A stretch of DNA of 12,964 nucleotides from Candidatus Omnitrophota bacterium (GTDB taxonomy: Bacteria; Omnitrophota; Omnitrophia; Omnitrophales; Aquincolibacteriaceae): contig JAZDJU010000113.1 of the NCBI GenBank assembly GCA_043803685.1, positions 1 to 12,964 of the forward strand. The letters run 5' to 3'. The notes under the pieces were generated by a model. That model made no database searches. It was not told where the DNA came from and saw only the letters and a program-made list of their open reading frames with translations. The translations under genes and the position numbers were made by a program. This document shows positions 7,036-12,964 of the stretch, piece after piece. Every line of letters starts with the position of its first letter. Positions within the stretch are counted from its first letter, which is position 1.

Positions 7036-7076
7036 GGCGGGGGAGATACGTCTCTCCCGCCTGTTCAAATTTTTTT
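7036..7076 (+). terminator. Terminator-like hairpin ending the accessory block
   Basis: GGCGGGGGAGA-tacg-TCTCTCCCGCC (11 bp, one G-U), followed by a T-rich tract. Confidence 0.65.
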
Positions 7077-7104
7077 CTGTGTTTTATGACCATCTATCGA
7101 CTTC

Positions 7105-7133
7105 TTGACATTATAGGACGTATTGGGTAGCAT
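7105..7133 (+). promoter_or_regulatory. Putative sigma70 promoter
   Basis: Perfect TTGACA (7105-7110), 17-nt spacer, TAGCAT (7128-7133); sits right after a terminator and points to the HTH gene. Confidence 0.65.
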
Positions 7134-7572
7134 ATGTCTCGCTTATCCAGGTTCGAATAAGAGCGAATCAAGCTCACGAATGGGATTTTTTTAAAGCCGG
7201 ATCCTTTGGGATCGGGCCGTTTTGGAAATAGAAGACCTCAACCCAAGAAGGTCTCGTTTCCGCGGCTTGGCTGCCTGAATGAGCGGGAAGCATCGTCTTC
7301 CTCAATTGCTCGCCCGAGACCGCTTGAAGGTCCTGCTGCGTCACATAACTGTTTCAGACAAACCACAGAGCGGAGTTTTGTGTAAACTCCTTTGAGGATC
7401 TCCGGTGAATCTGGAACCACCATTATGCCGTGTGGTTCCGGGTTCGGATACGGCAGCGCGGAGGATCCCTTTCCTTTAGCATCTCTCTCTTTCTCCAGGT
7501 CTGGTTTCACGAGCACCCCTCTTTTCCTCATAATCTTCTCCCAGGAAATTTTTTTGTTTTTTTAGTCTTACG

Positions 7573-7606
7573 AAGCGGGTAACCCTCCGGGCTGCTCGCT
7601 TTTTTT
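7573..7606 (+). terminator. Terminator/attenuator-like hairpin upstream of the HTH gene
   Basis: AAGCGGGTAACCC-tcc-GGGCTGCTCGCTT running into a 7-T tract (7600-7606). Confidence 0.6.
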
Positions 7607-7651
7607 GTGTCCTCGCTTTGGTTCCGCATAGCGGAAAGCGGGGACACAACA

Positions 7652-8254
7652 GTGTTAAATTCAAAATCCGGGGACGAAGCACCGGATGTTTCAGGATCCA
7701 GTCATAAGCGAAGGACAAGAGTACGGGAGATCGATTTTTCGAGGGTGGAAGGAACGCGGCCCGAAGACCCCCTCCATCCTTTCGAGTTGGAGGTGCGGGA
7801 GAAATTGGCCGGTCCGGCGGGTTCTTCCGATGATCTTGCCGCGAAAGAGCACCGGGTTCTTGGGCGCAGAAAAATAACGGCAACCCATGCCCGGTTGGTC
7901 CGTCTTTCCCGGGAAGGGATGCTTACGGAAAGACAGCAAACCTATTTCGATCTCTTTTACGTCGACGGTCGTTCGGACAAAGAGATCGCCTCGCGTCTTG
8001 GCGTTTCCCGGAGCACGGTCCGCGATTTCCGTCAGGAAATTCATCGGAGGATGCGGCACTTTATTCTAGAGAAAGAATCCGTCCGGCGCATGCTTCGATC
8101 CGTGAAATCGGCGGGGTTAACGAAAAAACAGAAGCAAATTTTCAGGCTCCGGTACCGGAAAGGGCTCTCGGTGGCTCAAATTGCGCGGGTTCTCGGAAGG
8201 CGTCCTCGCGCCATTTATGCGCTTCTCGAACGGACTAGAAAAATATTTTCCTGA
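7652..8254 (+). CDS. Putative transcriptional regulator with two sigma-70 region-4-like HTH domains
   Basis: LTERQQTYFDLFYVDGRSDKEIASRLGVSRSTVR and LTKKQKQIFRLRYRKGLSVAQIARVLGRRPRAIY both fit the sigma4/LuxR-type pattern. Start placed at GTG 7652 (SD-like GCGGGGA), uncertain; the ORF is open from 7607. Confidence 0.8.
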   Translation: MLNSKSGDEAPDVSGSSHKRRTRVREIDFSRVEGTRPEDPLHPFELEVREKLAGPAGSSDDLAAKEHRVLGRRKITATHARLVRLSREGMLTERQQTYFDLFYVDGRSDKEIASRLGVSRSTVRDFRQEIHRRMRHFILEKESVRRMLRSVKSAGLTKKQKQIFRLRYRKGLSVAQIARVLGRRPRAIYALLERTRKIFS

Positions 8255-8309
8255 GGAGAAATGTGCAAAAGTGACCGACAGACCCCCCTGTTTTTGCCCA
8301 ATACTATAG
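8232..8309 (+). repeat. Direct repeat copy 2 (78 bp); putative activator-dependent promoter of the T4SS operon
   Basis: 72/78 identical to 782-859; overlaps the last codons of the HTH gene; TACTAT at 8302-8307. Confidence 0.9.
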
Positions 8310-8401
8310 GGGGAAGTGAGGCCGACCCGTCAAAACAGGATCGAGGCAATGCCTCCCAAAGGGGTCCCAGAGCCTCCTTCCCCTCAACCATGGAGGAAGC
8401 G

Positions 8402-8713
8402 ATGAAAGGTCGATTTTTAAAACTGCGGCGTGTTCTTGTGGGAGTCGGATTCCTGCTCATCCAGACCCGGCTTTGTTACGCGGAAGCGGGTTCTGAGGCA
8501 GATCTCCAGTCATTTCTTCAGCAGATCGGGGATTTCATGATCCGCTCGATCGGTCCGGGAGTTTGCGTGATCGGGGTCGCCATTGCCGGTGTGTCCATGG
8601 CGCTGGGCGATGAACAGGGAATGCGCCGGGGAGCGCTTGCCGCGGGAGGCGGGGCTCTCATCATGCTTTCGAGGGCGATCCTCGATTTAATCCAGAACGC
8701 AGCTCATTTCTAG
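8402..8713 (+). CDS. virB2: VirB2/TrbC-like pilin (103 aa)
   Basis: SD GGAGG before ATG 8402; signal peptide ending LCYA; two Gly-rich hydrophobic helices; lies before virB3/virB4. Confidence 0.8.
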   Translation: MKGRFLKLRRVLVGVGFLLIQTRLCYAEAGSEADLQSFLQQIGDFMIRSIGPGVCVIGVAIAGVSMALGDEQGMRRGALAAGGGALIMLSRAILDLIQNAAHF

Positions 8714-8723
8714 GGAGATATCG

Positions 8724-9011
8724 ATGAAACATCTTAAGGTTTACCGAAAGATTCACGAGCGAAATAAGATCCTGGGGCTTGAATTCCCGGATCTGCTCGT
8801 TTTGGTTCTGCTCTATCTCGGAGTGTTCCTTTTCTCGAAAAACCTGCTCCTGAATCTCTTTGTGGTCGGCGTTGCCTATTTCGTTCTTCGTCTCTATAAA
8901 AAGGGGAAGCCCTCGCACTGGACCGCGAGCGTCTTCCGTTTTCTTTTCAAAACCCGCTACTACGGTCAAAAACGGGAACACCCGAGGGAGCTGGATCATG
9001 AAGAGCGCTAA
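8724..9011 (+). CDS. virB3: VirB3-like inner membrane protein (95 aa)
   Basis: VYRKI...KILGLE..DL then two TM helices; between pilin and VirB4, overlapping the virB4 start. Confidence 0.75.
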   Translation: MKHLKVYRKIHERNKILGLEFPDLLVLVLLYLGVFLFSKNLLLNLFVVGVAYFVLRLYKKGKPSHWTASVFRFLFKTRYYGQKREHPRELDHEER

Positions 9012-11517
9012 CCTTCTCCGGATACGGGACCTCCTCCACTCTGAATCCCGGATCCCTTTTTACAAACAAGCGGATCTTTACTCGATCGAGGACGATATTT
9101 TGATCGGGGTGACCGGGACGATCGGCTGCGGTTTCAGGGTGCCGGGTCGCGACCTGCTCCTCGAAAGCGACGGAGCGATCGAGCATTTCGAGAGCCGTGC
9201 CCGGAAACTCTGGAACTCGCTTCCGACGGGAACCTCGCTTCATTTCATCGTTAAATCCGAGGAAGGGGATGAAGAGGCTCTGAGGTCGTTTGAGGAATCT
9301 CTTGCCGGTCAGGGGGATTTCGCTCGAAAGATCGCTCATGCGAAAGCGGCTTCTTACCGGGAGCGTCCCTTTCTCAGGCGTCAGGTGTTTCTTTTTATCG
9401 TGGTTCGTCCCGCCGCAAAACGAAATCCCCGGTCTTTCTTACCGGATCTTTTCTCGGTGTTCGGCAAAAAATCCAGACTATCCGCGCGGTCGGATTACGA
9501 GACTTCGAAGAAAGAGCTTCAGAGCCTATCCGCCCGGATCCTGGCCGGATTTTCCGATATCGGGTTCCGTCTGGAGAAAATCAGGGAGCAGGAGCTTCTC
9601 CGTTATCTTTACGAGCTTTTAAATCCCGCGTATTCAAAAGAGATCGTGCCGTTTGATAAGAGCGGGATCGTCGAAAAAGGGGAGTGGCGCGGGGAGGAGA
9701 CGCTCCGCTCCCGGCTGCTGCTTACTCCTCCCGTCGTCGAGGACCGTTTCTTTTACCTGGACCGTTATTTCCACGAAATCCTGAATCTTCGGCTGCTCCC
9801 GGATCACACCCATCTGAAAGCCATGCGAGATTTTGAGCGCGCGCTCGGCCGCAATTACTTTATTTCCATCACGCTCGAAGTCCCGGATCAGGATCGTGAG
9901 CGTGCTTCTTTGAAAAGACAGGGGAATTTCGCGAAGGCCCAGGAGTTTTTCGCGAGAACGCGGGACCATGAGGCGGGGGCCCGGGCCGTTGAATCGGACG
10001 CGCTTTTGACGGAGCTCGCGCAAACCGGGGACAAGCTCCTGAAATGTTCCATGGCGGTCATGCTCCGCGAAAAAACACGGCGTGATCTCGAGAAACGCGC
10101 TGAGGAAATACTTCGCGTGTTCCCGCGTCTTGGGGACGCTCAAGGCATCCGCGATCACATGAACCATGACCGTTTGTTTTTATCGTTCCTGCCGCTTCAG
10201 GGGCATGAGAATCCTCTCATGTTTCTCGTGCGCTCCGAGGTGCTGACCCATCTCTTGCCCTTTCAGGCGAGCTGGCGCGGGACGGAGAAGACCGGACTTC
10301 TTCTTAAAACCTGGCGGGATGAACCGCTCAAGCTTGATCTCTTCGATGACCGTCTTCAAGCCAAACACGCGTTCATGCTTGGAACGACCGGCTCCGGGAA
10401 ATCTTTTTTCACGACCCATCTTCTGCTTCATTTCTTTATCGCGTCCAAAACCCACGAAGTGATCGTGATCGATGTCGGCGGCAGTTACCGGAAACTCGCG
10501 CATCTCCTGGGAGGGTCGTATCTCGAGGTGGAATGCTCGGAGGCGTACGCGCTGAATCCTTTCCCGAGGAAGAAGGCGCTTTTCCCCGAAGGCGGGGACC
10601 CGGACGCGACTTTCCTTCAGTTTTTGAAGGAGCTGCTCCAGAAAATGATCGGCCCGGAACGGAAATGGACGGCCAGTGAAAAGATGATCCTGGAACGCGC
10701 CATTCGCGAAGTTTACGACGCGATTCCCCAGGACCGGGCTCCTCTTCTCGGAGACGTCGAAAAAGCGCTTTTCCATTTCAAGGAAGGGGATGAGGACGAC
10801 AAGCGTAAAGCGTATCAATTCGCGAAGGAGCTTTGCCTTTTCACGAAAGGCGAATACGGAAGACTTCTCAACCGGGAGGGCGTCTTCGATTTTGATTCGC
10901 GGTTCACGGTCTTCGATCTCCGGAAGATCTCCCAGTATCCCGAGCTTCAGGAAATTCTCCTTTATATTATCCCGTTCGCGTTAAAGAGAAAATTCGAGAA
11001 CATCGCGATCAAGAAAATGCTTGTCCTGGATGAATGCTGGAGACTTCTCAAGGAATCCCAGGGGAGCGATCTGGTCGAGGTGTTCTATCGCACGGCCCGG
11101 AAGATGAACGCCGGAGTCCTTTCCATCTCCCAGAACCCCGAAGATTTTCTTGAAGCGAAGATCGCGAATGTCATCATCAATAACTCTCCTGTGAAATACC
11201 TGCTCAGGCTTCATAAAGGGCATGACCAGCTCGCGCGGTTCGGTCTAAATCCCAACGAGATCCAGGCTGTCCGGGAGCTTGAGGTCAGGCCCGGTCATTA
11301 TTCCGAGGTCTTTATCAAGTTCGACGAGCAGCCCGTGATCGTGAAGCTTGAACCAACGGCTCTTGAGTATTGGATCGCGACGACGGACCCCGTGGATCTG
11401 GCTGAAGAATCAAAGCAAATGCGCCAGGGCGCCGGAGGGCTGCTTGAGACTTTGGAAGGGCTCGCCCTCGAATTTCCGCATGGCGTCAAGAAAAGCGGGG
11501 AGGTGATCCGTGCGTAA
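8998..11517 (+). CDS. virB4: VirB4/TraC-family T4SS ATPase (839 aa)
   Basis: Start ATG 8998 with SD GAGGGAG; Walker A GTTGSGKS; VIVIDVGGSY; LNPF; Walker B LVLDECW; TARKMNAG...SQNPEDF. Confidence 0.95.
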   Translation: MKSANLLRIRDLLHSESRIPFYKQADLYSIEDDILIGVTGTIGCGFRVPGRDLLLESDGAIEHFESRARKLWNSLPTGTSLHFIVKSEEGDEEALRSFEESLAGQGDFARKIAHAKAASYRERPFLRRQVFLFIVVRPAAKRNPRSFLPDLFSVFGKKSRLSARSDYETSKKELQSLSARILAGFSDIGFRLEKIREQELLRYLYELLNPAYSKEIVPFDKSGIVEKGEWRGEETLRSRLLLTPPVVEDRFFYLDRYFHEILNLRLLPDHTHLKAMRDFERALGRNYFISITLEVPDQDRERASLKRQGNFAKAQEFFARTRDHEAGARAVESDALLTELAQTGDKLLKCSMAVMLREKTRRDLEKRAEEILRVFPRLGDAQGIRDHMNHDRLFLSFLPLQGHENPLMFLVRSEVLTHLLPFQASWRGTEKTGLLLKTWRDEPLKLDLFDDRLQAKHAFMLGTTGSGKSFFTTHLLLHFFIASKTHEVIVIDVGGSYRKLAHLLGGSYLEVECSEAYALNPFPRKKALFPEGGDPDATFLQFLKELLQKMIGPERKWTASEKMILERAIREVYDAIPQDRAPLLGDVEKALFHFKEGDEDDKRKAYQFAKELCLFTKGEYGRLLNREGVFDFDSRFTVFDLRKISQYPELQEILLYIIPFALKRKFENIAIKKMLVLDECWRLLKESQGSDLVEVFYRTARKMNAGVLSISQNPEDFLEAKIANVIINNSPVKYLLRLHKGHDQLARFGLNPNEIQAVRELEVRPGHYSEVFIKFDEQPVIVKLEPTALEYWIATTDPVDLAEESKQMRQGAGGLLETLEGLALEFPHGVKKSGEVIRA

Positions 11518-12964
11518 TCACCCTGCGACTCGAAAAACGCGAGTGCTTCTCATCCTGCTTCTGGTCCTGCTGGTCGGGGCAGGACATGCGGCGTACGCCA
11601 CCATGCCGACTTTTGACGCAGTGAACGCGGCCTTGAATGAAATTCGGAACGCGGTCATGCAGTCCCAGTTCGCCCAGGATATTGTGATCGCGATGGACCA
11701 GCTCGATCGGCTGAAAGAGCAATACCAGGAGCTTCTGCGGTTCAATTCCGGGATCGACAGCGTCCTCAAAGTATTCGTTGGGGATTCTTACCGGAACCTT
11801 TTCCGATTCGGGAATACCGGTCTCCGTGACGCTTTCGGCGATTTCGGGGGGATCACACCGAGCATTGAATTTCTGGAGCAGGCAGCAAGCCCCCAAGACA
11901 TCCGGACGTCTCTGGAGGCGATCACGGGCGCGATTCCGGAGTCGAGTGAACGCCCTTACATTCCCTTTGAAGAGATGCAGGTGGTCGAGGGATTTCAGTT
12001 CGCACAGGAGATCCGGAAAGCGGGGGACGAAACCCGGAACGCAGCCCAGTCGATTTCCGAACAGGCGCAGGACGCGAGTCCCAAAGGGGCCGCCCGGCTC
12101 GGGAATGAGGCGCTGTCGCGGATGATGGTCCTCTCGCAGCAGAATCAGGAGGTTTTGGCGAAGATACTTGAACTTCAGGCGGTCCAGGTCGAACAGGTCT
12201 CCCGTGAAGAAAAACGCCTGGAATCGGAGCGTTTGAAATATCTGGAAGATGCGGGGGCGTATCTCTCCGGTCTCGAGGAGACAAGAATAACCATGCTTCC
12301 TCAAGGATTTCTCTTTACCAATACGCTTCAGATCCCCGATCTTTTCAGTGGCCCTTTCGCGATCACCTTCCACTTGGGATTTGTGATCTATTCCCTGATG
12401 CTCATCGCGGCCATTCTCCACGAAAACCTTCAGGCGTTTCGCGGGAAATCCGATTACTTGGGACTTTTCCTGAGAGCGCTGGCGGTGACCGCGCTTCTTG
12501 TGATCTATGACCGTTTTTTTAACTGGATCGTTTATGGAATGGACCTTCTCTCCAAGTCCGTGCTTCCTGAAAATGAGTTTCGGGAGGTTATTCGGGCCGT
12601 ATTTCAGGATATCGGCGGCAAGCGTGATTTCGGGGTCCTGAAATTCCTTTCCATTATCACGACGCTGAATTTCATCACCTACGCCGTGGCCCTGGCGCTT
12701 TTGGGCGTTCTCACGTGGCTTCGTTTTGTTTTTCTTTCGCTCCTTTACGTGCTCGGGCCGATCCTGATCGGGTTCGGAATCTATAAAGCGACAGCGGATG
12801 GACTGCTCTTTTGGCTGAGAAGTCTTGTCGCGGTTTCTTCCTGGACCGTCGTTCTTTCCATTCTCATGAAAGTGATCTCCACGATGAATCTGACGGCCGT
12901 GTATTTGCCGCAGGAAGCCAATAGCGCCTCAGTCCTGGCGGCCAACCTGCTTTTCATCATTCTC
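11510..12964 (+). CDS. VirB5/TrbJ-like domain in frame with a VirB6/TrbL-like polytopic membrane domain (3'-partial)
   Basis: GTG 11510 with SD GGAGGTG; manual translation shows no stop in 485 codons to the window end. Signal peptide, then MPTFDAVN and a Gln/Glu-rich coiled coil; from ATG 12293, multiple TM helices including LLYVLGPILIGFGIY...FWLRSLVAVSSW. Confidence 0.8.
   Translation, partial: MRNHPATRKTRVLLILLLVLLVGAGHAAYATMPTFDAVNAALNEIRNAVMQSQFAQDIVIAMDQLDRLKEQYQELLRFNSGIDSVLKVFVGDSYRNLFRFGNTGLRDAFGDFGGITPSIEFLEQAASPQDIRTSLEAITGAIPESSERPYIPFEEMQVVEGFQFAQEIRKAGDETRNAAQSISEQAQDASPKGAARLGNEALSRMMVLSQQNQEVLAKILELQAVQVEQVSREEKRLESERLKYLEDAGAYLSGLEETRITMLPQGFLFTNTLQIPDLFSGPFAITFHLGFVIYSLMLIAAILHENLQAFRGKSDYLGLFLRALAVTALLVIYDRFFNWIVYGMDLLSKSVLPENEFREVIRAVFQDIGGKRDFGVLKFLSIITTLNFITYAVALALLGVLTWLRFVFLSLLYVLGPILIGFGIYKATADGLLFWLRSLVAVSSWTVVLSILMKVISTMNLTAVYLPQEANSASVLAANLLFIIL

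Noticed and set aside
4227..7061. Intergenic hairpins as integron attC sites or CRISPR repeats
   Set aside because: No consistent RYYYAAC/GTTRRRY ends, sequences are not identical, spacing is irregular, and no integrase or cas gene is in view.
7110..7127. Minus-strand TATAAT and CCCAATAC (shared with the direct repeat) within the 7105 promoter
   Set aside because: No properly spaced -35 on the minus strand, and an 8-mer match is too short to support an operator.
7238..7531. 97-aa minus-strand ORF within the leader
   Set aside because: It has a possible SD (GGGAG) but no recognisable domain and overlaps + strand RNA-type stems; not excluded, but unsupported.
11486..12421. 311-aa minus-strand ORF and other long antisense ORFs (612-1400, 3368-4075, 10180-10818)
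   Set aside because: They are antisense shadows of well-supported + strand genes, with no motifs of their own.

Overview
This window is part of a conjugative element (ICE or plasmid), with almost all genes on the + strand. From left to right: (1) the left end of an IS3-family IS (1-140, - strand) that appears to have truncated a CxxC-rich ORF; (2) a non-coding region with a large stem-loop whose perfect 18-bp inverted repeat carries a CloDF13-like (MOBC) nic motif on both strands, a candidate oriT; (3) a mobilization module: small membrane protein, Replic_Relax/MOBC-type relaxase and VirD4/TraD coupling protein; (4) an accessory block of small genes punctuated by hairpins: tandem-PC4 ssDNA-binding protein, 30-aa peptide, RadC, 55-aa helical protein, DUF6573-like protein and a second small membrane protein; (5) a sigma70 promoter and ~500-nt structured leader before a protein with two sigma-region-4-like HTH domains; (6) a type IV secretion operon: VirB2, VirB3, VirB4 and an in-frame VirB5-VirB6-like ORF running off the window. 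A 78-bp promoter-like direct repeat (782-859 and 8232-8309) precedes both the mobilization and T4SS operons, suggesting a dedicated activator regulon. All family calls come from motif recognition by eye; no searches were run.
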